From Vicugna vicugna (taxonomy: Eukaryota), in assembly GCA_013265495.1 (NCBI GenBank), contig MU062317.1, positions 682,001 to 746,000 on the forward strand: DNA of 64,000 nucleotides, read 5' to 3'. Shown in pieces: positions 37,701-47,010 of this stretch (position 1 is the stretch's first letter; each line of letters starts with the position of its first letter). The position numbers and the translations under genes were made by a program. The notes below the pieces were generated by a model, which ran no database searches, was not told the DNA's origin, and worked only from the letters and a program-made list of their open reading frames with translations.

Positions 37701-40700
37701 GCCCGACACCTTTGGGGAGAACTGTGGGCAGACGTGCCAGTGTCCCGGCGAGAACCAGGCCTGCCACCCTGCCTCGGGGGCCTGCGCGTGTGCTGCTGGC
37801 TACCAGGGCACTGGCTGCCGGCAACGTGAGTGCCTCTTGCTGGGCCTGCGTCTGAGGGCCGGGGGGGTGGGAAGTCGGGGCACTGTTCTGAGGGGGCAGG
37901 TTGAGCCCCCTAGCCCCTGACAGCTGGCCCTTCCCCTGCAGGGTGCCTGCCAGGGCGGTTCGGACCTGGCTGTGAACAGCTGTGTGGGTGTCTCAACGGG
38001 GGCTCCTGTGACCCGGCCACAGGGGCCTGCCGCTGCCCTGCTGGGTTCCTCGGGACAGACTGCGGCCTCGGTGAGTGACTGGGGTGAGGGTGGGGCTGGC
38101 TCCTCCCTGCGCCACGGTGGGCAGGGCCCCACCAGCCCGCCTGCGGGGAGGACAGCTCCCTGGCCACCCCTCTTTCTGGCCCCCCTTCCCGGGACTGGTC
38201 CCAGGCTGGGCTGAGCTGGGGCTGTCGGTGTGACCAAAGTGTCCCCAACCACCAGCTCTGCAGGGCCATGACCACCAGGGGCCACACAGAAGCCAGTTGG
38301 TCACCCTGCCGAGAGATGGGCCTTCCTTGAGTCGCGCAGGAACTTCCCGCCCGTCTGGGGTCTTAGCTGGGCAGGCGGGAGGTGGGGGCGGGGGCCGTGG
38401 TGAGTCATCGTTGCTGCGGTGCAGGCCCGGCCCGCAGCAGAGCCGGCGGGTGGAGGGAGGTGTCGTGCGGGTGGGGGGCATGGAGCAGGCGGTCTCCGCC
38501 CTGTCTGGGCCAGACACAGGGCCTCCCACCCAGCCTGGCCTGGCCTGGCCTGTCCCACCCTGTCCTGGGTTGACACAGCAGAGGGGGATCCAGCCAGGGC
38601 TGGTCACCCTCCCATTTCCTCCTGGCAGCCTGTCCACATGGCCGCTTTGGCCCCAGCTGTGCCCATGTGTGCAGGTGTGGGCAAGGGGTGGCCTGTGACC
38701 CCGTGACCGGCGCCTGCACCTGCCCCCCGGGAAGGACCGGCGTCCACTGTGAGCACGGTGAGAGTCTGTTCTGTCCCCCTGGCCACTTCGCAGACGTCAC
38801 CTGGTCAGCCACAGGGTGGGAGGTGATGGGGTAAAGCTGGGGGGTCTCTGAGGGAGAACTGGGTCCCCTCGCTTGGTTCCCCAAGTGCCCTGAGGATGAG
38901 GTGAGGGTCCCGCCTGTGTTGACAGCACCGCCCACTCAGGTCCCTGGGTCGTCTGATAGCACCCCGTGCCCTGCTTTGACCTGTGACCCCTAAGACTTGG
39001 GACATCAGCTCCCTGTGGCTAGTGGGGGCTGGGCAGGTTCTGACTTGGAGCCCCCTAGCAGGAGGGCTCAGGTGGCTATTTTGTCTGAGGATGGAGCCAG
39101 CCTCCGGGCTAATGTCCTCTTGGAACGGGGTCCCTCTGGCCCTTTCTGCTGGGCCCAGCAGCTGGGGCCCCACATGGAGGGAGGGCTGGAGCACAGGCCA
39201 TGGCGCCTGAGGACAGCGGTGGGGCTCATGCTCACGATGACAGGTCTGGTACCCACGCTACTCGGCCTGGCCCCATACCCGGGCAGATCTGAGCCCCTGC
39301 CACTCTGTGGTCCTCATCCAGGGGCCGGTGACACTCCCCCAGGGCCTGGAGCCCAGCTCCAGCCAGGCCATGTCCTCACCCCCAGGGAAGGCTGGCAGCC
39401 CCGGGTCAGGCAGGTTGTGAACAGGGGCCACCTGGAGTGCAGGGCTGCCCGGGCTATTCTTGAACTGAGTGCCACCGCCTCCAGGAAGACTTCCCTGTTG
39501 CCCTCCCGCCTGCTGGGCAGGCACTCGCAGCCCCTGGAGGGCCCGGGCCCCTTTCGTCCTGTGTTACTTTCAGGCTCAGGCCTGGTGTTCGCTCTCTGAG
39601 GGTGGGTGAACAGGCGGGGTGCTGTTGGTGTTGCTCCTTGGCACATGTGTGCTCAGGGACAGGGACTGGCAATGAGAGGCCCAGGGAATTGTTTGTTGAG
39701 TGAACATCAGATCTCATGAGGGGGTGTCCCTGGAGTGTGTCCAGCCCTGGGCTGCGCTCTGAGTAATGCCTGGCTTCCCTTAGGCTGTCCCCAGAACCGG
39801 TTTGGTGTGAACTGTGAGCACGTGTGCTCCTGCAGAAACGGGGGCCTGTGTCACGCCGCCAACGGCAGCTGCTCCTGTGGCCTGGGCTGGATGGGGCCGC
39901 ACTGTGAGCTGGGTGAGTGTCTGGGCGGGTCTGGAGGCCGCATCGCCATGTGAGCTGGCGGGTTGGTACCTGCAGGGGTGGGAGGCCATGTCCCGGTGTG
40001 GTGGCGGTGGTGGTGCAGGGGAATGGCCCTGGGCTCGAGGAGGAACGTATCTCAGGGGCATTTGTGGGGGCTCTGGGCTGCTATGGGGCTGCATGAGGCT
40101 CCCGGGGTCGCCTGGATCAGGCTAGCATCCCGGGGCCCTCCCCTGTGCCCCCTGCTCTCCTGCGGCAGAAGGTTGACCCACGGCTCTCACGCCAGCCTGC
40201 CCCGCAGGGCGCTACGGCCCTGCCTGCCGCCTGGAGTGCTCCTGCCACAGCCAGGGCACCTGCGAGCCCACCACGGGGGCCTGCCGCTGCGGCCCCGGCT
40301 TCTACGGCCAGGCCTGCGAGCACTGTGAGTCGTGGGGTTGGGCCCCTGTTCTGGCTTTCCGTGTCACCCCCCTGGGGCTCTGATGGAATGAGGCTTGACC
40401 CCAGCTTCTGCTAGGGCTCTCAGACCAGAGGTCCCCAGGTCAGGGCCACTGGGAAGCAGGTGCCCTGCCTGGGTGGGAGGGAGGGGAGCCCAGCCCTCCG
40501 CTCTGGGCAAGCTGAGTCCGGAGCTCTAACCGGGTCTCACACAGCCTGTCCCCCCGGCTTCCACGGGGCTGGCTGCCTGGGGACATGCTCATGTCAGCAC
40601 GGAGCCTCCTGCCACCCTGTCAGCGGCCAGTGTCTTTGCCCCGCTGGCTTCCGTGGCCAGTTCTGCGAGAGGGGTGAGTGCTCTGTGGCCCCACGAGCCC

Positions 40701-43247
40701 CCACCATCCCCTGCCCTGGCCCTGGCCGGTCCGGGAACGGGACAGGTGATGTGGGACCCCCTCCTGCTACCAGGGTGTGAGCCTGGCTCGTTTGGAGAAG
40801 ACTGCAGCCAGCAGTGTGACTGCGAGGACGGGGTGCCCTGTGACCCCGTCACGGGCCACTGCCTATGCCCCCCGGGGCGCACCGGGGCCACCTGTGACCT
40901 TGGTGAGTCTGGGGTCCCTCTCAGTGGGGGATACGGATGCAGGTCTCAGTCAGTGGTATCCACTGTGTTGGTGGATCCACGTCCGATGCCCGCCCAGGCC
41001 TCTGCACCAGTCCCATCCTTCTGTGGAGCCCCGCTGCTCAAAGAGGGGCCCGGCATGGAGCCCTTGCCTGGGGCTGTCAAGGCCAGCCCTGCTCTCTGAC
41101 CCCTAGTAGAGTCCCCCGGGTGGCCTCTCCTTGGGGAGGTCATGGGGAGAGGCTGCCGTTAGGTGGGGAGGAGACTGTCTGGGTCTGTCAGCCCACCCGG
41201 GGAGAGGGAGGAGCCCACCTGTGCGGGCCGCACACACGTCCTCCTCCTGGCTCTGGGCCGTCTTGCCCTGGCGGGGAGCATCCCTGGCCCCAGCGCCCCT
41301 TTGCCGGCCTGGGGGCTGGGCAGCAATGCTGGGCAATGGTCCTGGGCAGGTGCTGGGGGCCTGGTGCTTCCCCACACAGGACAGGGAAGCGAAGGCCCTA
41401 GGGTGGCCCCAAGGCCTAGGGTTCCCAGCCCGGGCAGACAGGAGAGGTACTCAGGCTCGTCTCTCCCGCCCCTCTGCCCACAGGCTGCAGAAGGGGCTTC
41501 TTCGGGCCAGGCTGTGCCCTGCGCTGCTCCTGTGGGGGTGGGGCCGACTGTGACCCTGTCAGCGGGCAGTGCCACTGCGTGGACGGCTACACGGGGCACA
41601 CGTGCCAGCAGGGTGAGTCAGGCTCCGGGGGAGGGGGGGCACCATGCTACTCCCTCCCCCCCAAAAGCGGCTGGCTGGCCAGGCTCGCCTGCGTCAGTGC
41701 CACCAGGCCATCGTGGTGCCCGCAGTGTCCTCCTGGCTTCTGAAGAGCCTTCCAGCCCCTGGACCATGGGGTGGAACTCGGCTGTGCGATCGGCCCGAGG
41801 CAGCCCCACTCACCCCAGCCCCAGACAGCAGCGGGGGGTGGGCTCAAACTGCAGGGGCCGAGACCCCACGGGCAGGGCTGGGCGGTCCAGTGTGGGTGGG
41901 CGCTGAGCCAGCCCACCACCCCGACCCTGTCCCCACCCTGTGCGTGTGTGCTCCAGTGTGTGCGTGCTAATGCCTCTGCGTGTCCCGGTGCGTGCCTGCC
42001 AGTGCGTGTGTGCTCCAGTGCTCACGTGTGCCTGCACACACACCCCCACAGGCAGGAACGTGCTGCGTGCCCCTGCCCTCCAGCCATCTGGTGTCCCCTA
42101 GTCAGCTCCCCCAGGCCCAGCCTACTGCCGGGAAGGCAGTCCTATGCGTCAGGATGGAGATGGGAGGCCGGCTTGGGGTCTGTGCTGGGCAGGCCCTGAG
42201 ATGGGGCGAAGGGGGGAGCCAGGCTGTGAGCAGGGATTCCAGATTGGGGTCCTTGGCTAGGGGACCCCAAACATGGTCTTGATATCGTGTATGCATCTTT
42301 TTGAGCCTCCCCAAGACAGCCCTGGCCCCAGACTGTTAAGAGCCCTTAGGGGAGGGGTCCCACTTCTGCAGAGGGGTGGGGTCGGGGAGCTGGAGGCTGA
42401 GCCCGCTGAGACGGATGCTGTCCACGGCGGCACCTGGTGGTCAGGTATGGTACTGCACCGCGGCATCCTGGGCAGCCCTGATACTGAGCGGGAGCCTGGA
42501 GCCGGCTTTACCTGCCTGAGGCCCGCTGGGAAGGAGGCCAGGCCAGGCCTCGCTGCCCCCTGCCCTGGAGTGGACCTATCTTGGCCTTCAGGAAGCCCTC
42601 CCCATCCAGCCCGAGTGCCCTCCCCTGGCCCCCCTGCTGCTGGGGCAGGGCTGGAAGCTTCCATCTGGGGAGGGGGGGGCGCCCCACCATTTGCATAGGA
42701 GTGAGGCGAGGAGGGGCTGTGTTGGGGGCAGTAGGGGTCCCTGCAGGTGCTGCCCCGTAACTGTTGCCCACCCGAGGGCCTGAGTTGCTGTCTGTCTGCC
42801 TTCAGGTGGGCCCTCCCAGCTCCCGGAGAGCCTGTCCCCAGACCTGGGCCCAGGTAAGGGGGCTGGGGGCATCCCCGTGTCACCAGAGAGTGGCATTTGG
42901 TGGCATCACTGGCCGTTACCAGCAGACTAAGGCCTCAGGAGGGATGAGGACTGACTGGGCAGCTGTGGCGTCTGGGCCCCATAGGGTGGTGGGCATTGCA
43001 GAATCTGGACCTCAGAGACGAGGCCGGGAGGAGGCTGGGGAGGATGGGGTGGGCTGTCTCCTCTCCGTCGGGCTGGAGCTGGAAGGAAGGAGGGGAGGCG
43101 TCAAGTGTGAGCCCAGAACTACGAGGACTTGGAGAGTTTCCACCTGCCCGGGGGCTGACCGTCCTTTCTCCTGTCCCTGCAGCGGCCTCTCAGCCAGCGT
43201 CTCCCAGACCAGCGCCCGGGCTCGGCAGCAGCGCAGAGGCGCACTAG
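8876..43247 (+). CDS. MEGF6: MEGF6 (multiple EGF-like domains 6), internal-promoter isoform, 35 coding exons, 1486 aa
   Basis: Exons joined by hand at GT-AG sites give 4461 nt with no frameshift or stop, from gccATGg (8876) to TAG (43245-43247). Translation matches the MEGF6 architecture (DVDEC EGF repeats, acidic linker ending GEHTLEEKF, CPxGxFGxxC laminin-type EGF repeats). Upstream exons of the long EMI-domain isoform are not in the window. Confidence 0.96.
9970..11108. repeat. Dispersed inverted repeat: arms 9970-10059 and 11021-11108
   Basis: Arms align as reverse complements with 6 mismatches and one 2-nt gap over 90 nt. Confidence 0.93.
11408..11822 (-). mobile_element. MLT1 (MaLR) solo LTR, MLT1C/D-like
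   Basis: gtctggaggtcaggag, ccaggataacctcccatctcatggttcttaacttaatcccacctgcaaagtcccctttgcc match recalled MLT1 hallmarks. Confidence 0.65.
14500..14622 (+). CDS. MEGF6: MEGF6 exon 2, cbEGF
   Basis: [41 protein letters not shown]; cag|at ... g|gtgag. Confidence 0.95.
16751..16797. repeat. (CG)4(CA)16 compound microsatellite
   Basis: cgcgcgcg followed by a perfect CA run and cgcacac. Confidence 0.95.
20030..20260 (-). mobile_element. MLT1A/MST-like MaLR LTR fragment
   Basis: acaaggacgcacatccttttgggtcagggccccacccttacggcctcatttaacctaaattac...ccaaatacgttcacattgg. Confidence 0.55.
22504..22533. repeat. 10-bp tandem repeat x3
   Basis: (gggtcctgga)3. Confidence 0.9.
22634..22759 (+). CDS. MEGF6: MEGF6 exon 3, EGF
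   Basis: [42 protein letters not shown]; GT-AG. Confidence 0.95.
23683..23805 (+). CDS. MEGF6: MEGF6 exon 4, EGF
   Basis: [41 protein letters not shown]; GT-AG. Confidence 0.95.
24800..24922 (+). CDS. MEGF6: MEGF6 exon 5, cbEGF
   Basis: [41 protein letters not shown]; GT-AG. Confidence 0.95.
25254..25391 (+). CDS. MEGF6: MEGF6 exon 6, EGF
   Basis: [46 protein letters not shown]; donor g|gtgcgc. Confidence 0.94.
25402..25475. repeat. 19-bp C-rich minisatellite, about 3.8 copies
   Basis: Unit gccccttcccgactgcccc repeated with few changes. Confidence 0.9.
26020..26139 (+). CDS. MEGF6: MEGF6 exon 7, cbEGF
   Basis: [40 protein letters not shown]; GT-AG. Confidence 0.95.
26491..26613 (+). CDS. 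MEGF6: MEGF6 exon 8, cbEGF
   Basis: [41 protein letters not shown]; GT-AG. Confidence 0.95.
27210..27395 (+). CDS. MEGF6: MEGF6 exon 9, acidic linker
   Basis: [62 protein letters not shown]; GT-AG. Confidence 0.93.
27329..27355 (+). repeat. Coding (GAG)9 repeat, poly-Glu
   Basis: Nine uninterrupted GAG codons in MEGF6 exon 9. Confidence 0.97.
27788..27919 (+). CDS. MEGF6: MEGF6 exon 10, laminin-type EGF
   Basis: [44 protein letters not shown]. Confidence 0.95.
28602..28730 (+). CDS. MEGF6: MEGF6 exon 11
   Basis: [43 protein letters not shown]. Confidence 0.95.
29290..29450 (-). mobile_element. MLT1-like LTR fragment
   Basis: cttgtggccgctccctccagtctctacctccgtc...taaggacagttgttggatttaggcccc...aatccgggatgg. 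Confidence 0.55.
30008..30136 (+). CDS. MEGF6: MEGF6 exon 12
   Basis: [43 protein letters not shown]. Confidence 0.95.
30246..30290 (-). mobile_element. MIR SINE fragment
   Basis: ccatttacagatgaggaccaggggctcagcgagg. Confidence 0.45.
30849..30983 (+). CDS. MEGF6: MEGF6 exon 13
   Basis: [45 protein letters not shown]. Confidence 0.94.
31044..31178 (+). CDS. MEGF6: MEGF6 exon 14
   Basis: [45 protein letters not shown]. Confidence 0.94.
33557..33682 (+). CDS. MEGF6: MEGF6 exon 15
   Basis: [42 protein letters not shown]. Confidence 0.95.
34238..34369 (+). CDS. MEGF6: MEGF6 exon 16
   Basis: [44 protein letters not shown]; G-rich acceptor. Confidence 0.93.
34450..34578 (+). CDS. MEGF6: MEGF6 exon 17
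   Basis: [43 protein letters not shown]. Confidence 0.94.
34697..34828 (+). CDS. MEGF6: MEGF6 exon 18
   Basis: [44 protein letters not shown]. Confidence 0.95.
35307..35435 (+). CDS. MEGF6: MEGF6 exon 19
   Basis: [43 protein letters not shown]. Confidence 0.95.
35525..35653 (+). CDS. MEGF6: MEGF6 exon 20
   Basis: [43 protein letters not shown]. Confidence 0.95.
35851..35979 (+). CDS. MEGF6: MEGF6 exon 21
   Basis: [43 protein letters not shown]. Confidence 0.95.
36357..36485 (+). CDS. MEGF6: MEGF6 exon 22
   Basis: [43 protein letters not shown]. Confidence 0.95.
36807..36935 (+). CDS. MEGF6: MEGF6 exon 23
   Basis: [43 protein letters not shown]. Confidence 0.95.
37164..37292 (+). CDS. 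MEGF6: MEGF6 exon 24
   Basis: [43 protein letters not shown]; intact 8-Cys repeat, GT-AG. Confidence 0.92.
37405..37533 (+). CDS. MEGF6: MEGF6 exon 25
   Basis: [43 protein letters not shown]. Confidence 0.95.
37694..37825 (+). CDS. MEGF6: MEGF6 exon 26
   Basis: [44 protein letters not shown]. Confidence 0.95.
37942..38070 (+). CDS. MEGF6: MEGF6 exon 27
   Basis: [43 protein letters not shown]. Confidence 0.95.
38629..38757 (+). CDS. MEGF6: MEGF6 exon 28
   Basis: [43 protein letters not shown]. Confidence 0.95.
39784..39912 (+). CDS. MEGF6: MEGF6 exon 29
   Basis: [43 protein letters not shown]. Confidence 0.95.
40196..40324 (+). CDS. MEGF6: MEGF6 exon 30
   Basis: [43 protein letters not shown]. 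Confidence 0.95.
40545..40673 (+). CDS. MEGF6: MEGF6 exon 31
   Basis: [43 protein letters not shown]. Confidence 0.95.
40774..40902 (+). CDS. MEGF6: MEGF6 exon 32
   Basis: [43 protein letters not shown]. Confidence 0.95.
41484..41612 (+). CDS. MEGF6: MEGF6 exon 33
   Basis: [43 protein letters not shown]. Confidence 0.95.
42806..42853 (+). CDS. MEGF6: MEGF6 exon 34 (48-nt tail exon)
   Basis: ttcag|gt ... ccag|gtaag; [16 protein letters not shown], resembles human GGPLRLPENPSL as recalled. Confidence 0.82.
43183..43247 (+). CDS. MEGF6: MEGF6 last coding exon
   Basis: Strong pyrimidine tract then ctgcag|cg; [21 protein letters not shown]-stop; frame consistent. Confidence 0.75.
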
Positions 43248-44289
43248 CTCAGAGGCAGCCCCCGCTGAGGCTCGCCTCCCAGGAGCCGCAGAGGGGGCCC
43301 CGGGGCTTAGGTGGCGCCTGCCGAGGGGTGCGGTGGGCCAGGACTGTGGCCCCGACCTGTCTCTGAAGCCTGTGGACAGGCGTGCCGCCTCGGGCTCCTC
43401 AAGGGTGGTCTTGCCACGAGGAGGCAGGCCCCACCTCACCGGGATCTGCCCGCCCAGGGCGCAGACCGCGGGGCTGAGGAAGCCCCGCCCCTCCCGCCGC
43501 CCGGGGCAGGGCCAAGGGCAGGTGTTCGGGCAGGTGCGGGCATGAGGCCCCTGCCCCCCCAGCAGGTTCTTCGGGTGCTAGGCCCCGGGGCAGCTACCGC
43601 CCAGCCCGCTCACCAGGAAGCACAGCCGGGCCGTGTTCGTGTGACTTATGGGCAGCCCGACCGCAGGGCTGCCTGTCTCCTGCCCCAGGACGCCCTGACT
43701 CCGGGCAGCGGGCTTCGGTACCATGTGAAACCAGTAGGTTAAGAAAGGAGCAGCTGCTTCCCCAAGGCTGTGCGTCTGCTGCTTTGTGCGGGCTCTGCGC
43801 GGGGGCCTCCCCGGCACGCCGGCACGAGGCGCTGGGACAGGAGCCTCTGCCGACCGCTTGCCCTGCCCCTCCCTGGGGACCGCGGTGCCGCACAAACAAA
43901 GTTGGGGTTTATCCTGGTTCCAGTGCTCTAGAGGGGCGTGGCGCCCCGAGACCCAGGAGTGCTGGCTCCCAGGGCCTGCGTGTGGGAAGCACGGCCCCAA
44001 GGGCAGGGGTGCTGCTGGGGGCAGCCTGGAGACCCCCAGCCCCCACTCCTGCCCTGTCTTCAGGGCAGAGCTGAGGAGAGGGTTGGACGCCGATTGTCTC
44101 ACCGGCCATTTAGGGTCCAGGCTGTAGCCCCCCTCCCCTCCTCTCCAACAGTGCCCAGGCAGCTTAAATCCCCCAGGGGCAAAGGACCTCGTGGGGCAAA
44201 ACAGGGCGCATTCAAGTAGGCCCCGCCCCCTGACGCAGACAACTCGTGAACACCCGGTAGCAGAGGGCGTCGAATCGCTGGGCCACCAT

Positions 44290-47010
44290 GTGAAGACTTT
44301 GAAGTATGTAGCTGTGATCAGTGTCCCGGAAGGAGGAAGGGATGCGGGTGGTAACCTGGTGCAGGAAGAGGCGGTTCAAGAGGGACCATCGTGAGGAATG
44401 AGGGTGGAGGGCGTGGGAGCTGGAGTTGGCGGAGGCGGCAGGAATCCGGCCGAATAAGGGGTTTCCCAGCTCAGGACACTCCCGGGAGGCGGCAGGGAGG
44501 CTGAGAGAGAGGAAACACGAAGGGAAGGGGCAGTAGGAATGGACGAGGCAAGTGTGACACCCATGTGTCTGAAGTCCCAGAAAAAGAAGGTGAAAACCAT
44601 TGACGTGAAGCAATGAGTTCTCAGGTCCAAAGTTGGAGGATCTCATATCGAAAAGCACTCCAAGTGCAAAGAAAATTAAACAAAATTTAAAAAGCCACAG
44701 CCAGAAGAATTTAAAGAATATCAGTGCCAAAGAGGAGTTTTAAAATAACTAGAGAGAGAGAGAGCAGGAATCAGCACGACGTCAGGGTCTGCAACAGGAG
44801 CACTGAGAGCGGCCGGACGGCGACGCTCTGTTTGCCAGGTGTTGAGGAAACAGTGTGGAAACTTGAATTTCATGACCTTGAATTGTGTGTCCCGCTAAAC
44901 TGTCACTGGGAAGCGAAGTCGGCGTCCTTCTCAGCTGTCCGAGGCCCCAGGTGGCCCCAGACGAGAACCAGGCTTGAAAACACGCTCAGAGGAAGTTTCA
45001 CGGCAAGAAGAGAAAGCATGAGATGGTCCCTGTGTTTCCCACACGGCCTCGGAATGAAGAGAATCAAAATAGCCACGCTCACCAACAGCAGGAGCGGCCG
45101 GCAGGCCTGCCCGCCCCGCAGCTGAGCCTGGTGCAGACAGAGGGCGATAAGATGGCGTGACCTCCGCAGAAGCACCGGTAGGATGTCTGACTTTTAAACG
45201 GAGGAAATTTCATCTCTCCGACGTTCAGCAGGGAAGGAGGAGAAACAAAGCAGAATAAGAAAGTAGATTGAAGCCTAACGTAAGCAGTTACAGGGGCTCA
45301 AGAGCCAGATGGCCACGCATCACACGTTCTTCAACAGCACTTTGTGTCTGAAAGACGTCCCCAGAGGGACAGGAACGCAAGCGTGCACGGTGAGCGGGAA
45401 GACAGCTGGGCTGTGAGTCCTGCTGTTTCAGGGTGGAAAGCGTCACACGTGGTTGTCTACAAGCGACACCCGACGCCCGCAGCAGTAACGGCCGAGAGAC
45501 TCAGAGCAGCGGTGCGGGCGGCGCGGGGAGTAACTGCCCTGGCGGGTTCAGCGTGCCCTCCACAAAACCAGCACAAAACCCAGACACGCGCGATGGTGAC
45601 GTTGTCGTGCCCCTGACGCGTGCGCTCTCCGTGTCTGCACGCCTGTAGTCACATGTTTATATTCACATATATACGCATCTTACCTTCACACTTACGAACT
45701 TTACACTCAACAAGTGGGAAACAGTGGAACGTTTAGCCAAGAGTCTTTCCTTGAAGAGTCCAGAAGAGGAAAACGCTAGCAAGACTGATGATTTTTTTTG
45801 AATGTGAAGCAAGAAAAAAAACTACGGAAGTCAAGAGGGTGAACCACAGACAGAGAACAAGGCAGGAAAGAGAATGCTCCAAATCACGATGAGCCAGTTA
45901 CTTTGAAAACGTAGAAAAACAAGTAAGTTTTGGGAAAATATGAAGTGCCAGGATGAGTGTAAGTAGAAATACGGACTTGAATAAACCAGTAACTGACGTG
46001 AACGCAGTAGTAGTCACAGCTCTGCTCCTGCCCTGCGGTCGCCTCCCGCGTCGCCAGCCCCGTGACGCCTGGGACAGATGTTGGCAGAGGTGGTTGCGTG
46101 TGACATCCAGGACCCCGGGAACCTGACTGATAGAGTTGCTCCAGAAACATTAATAGAGGACACACGACGACCTTTTCACGGGGCCAGTGCCACCTGGGCT
46201 CTGCCACCTGGGGGGTGGTGATGGGAGAAAAGGTTACAGACTCCCCGTGTGTGTGTGTGAGTGTGTGACAGCCCTGAGGGGAGTACGAGCTACTCACGTA
46301 GAAATATTTTAAAATAACATCGACTGGATCCAGCAGGGCTTGGGCTTGACTGAAATGTAGCAGTTTAACATCAGAAAATGTGTTCCTGCGTTTGGGTGAG
46401 ACGAGAAATCTCGATTGTCTTGATAAAAGAACACAGAACGTTCGCTCGAGCTCAGCCTCTCTCCCAAGTAAGAGTTCTTGGCCAGCCGGGAACCGAAAGG
46501 CGCTTTCTCGACTGTGGTTATGTGCCAAGAACCCCCACGGGCTGAGCGGGGACGGCAGTGGGTTCTGTCTCGGTCCAGCCGAGCCGCCCAGGCCACCACC
46601 TGGGCTCCGGCCTCCCCCACGTTACTGGCCTCCACGGCCCTGAGGTGACAGCCTGTGTTTCTGGCTGTCTTTCCACACGACAGCACAGAGTCTGGGCGGC
46701 GGGACCACCCGGACCGGACCTGCGTGGGGCCGAGTAACCACAGTGCCAGGGAGGAGCAAATTCCCCTAAAGATGGAGAATCTGTTCTCGACAGTCAGCTC
46801 ACTCCTCCCGGCCCCAGCAGAGCTCAGAGGAGCCCAGGGCACACTGTCAGGTGAGGTGGAGCAGGAGGTGTGCGGACCCGCGGGGAAGGGGCCACCTGGC
46901 CCGGTTTCGGGGGCGGGACTGTTGCTACCGGAAAGCTCAGAGGATCAGAGACAGGCTGGCATGACTACCAGAATTTGGCAAAGTGGGCCATAAAATCACA
47001 CAAATGACAT
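44290..47010 (+). mobile_element. Ancient LINE-1 (L1M/L1ME-like) remnant: ORF1 3' part, endonuclease and start of RT
   Basis: Collinear decayed L1 motifs: VAVISVPEG (~IRIIGVPEG, 44310-44335), GCLQATP (~CCLQETH, 45451), LRTLHS (~YRTLHP, ~45692), LNKPVT (~LNRPIT, 45977), PGP (46107), QFNIRK (~WFNIRK, 46361), EFGKVGHKI (~EFSKVAGYKI, 46971); A-rich sense strand. Subfamily is from memory only. Confidence 0.75.
45980..45985 (+). terminator. Candidate MEGF6 poly(A) signal AATAAA
   Basis: First AATAAA found downstream of the stop (2.7 kb); an ATTAAA at 44675-44680 is an alternative. Confidence 0.5.

Noticed and set aside
27788-41612. Regularly repeated 129-nt units resembling an array or CRISPR
   Set aside because: They are paralogous EGF exons separated by GT-AG introns; no direct-repeat/spacer structure or cas genes
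44212-45175. ORFs with more ordinary composition (44212-44730 minus, 44724-45125 plus)
   Set aside because: Explained by the decayed L1 sequence; frames are broken relative to L1 and no splice structure is evident
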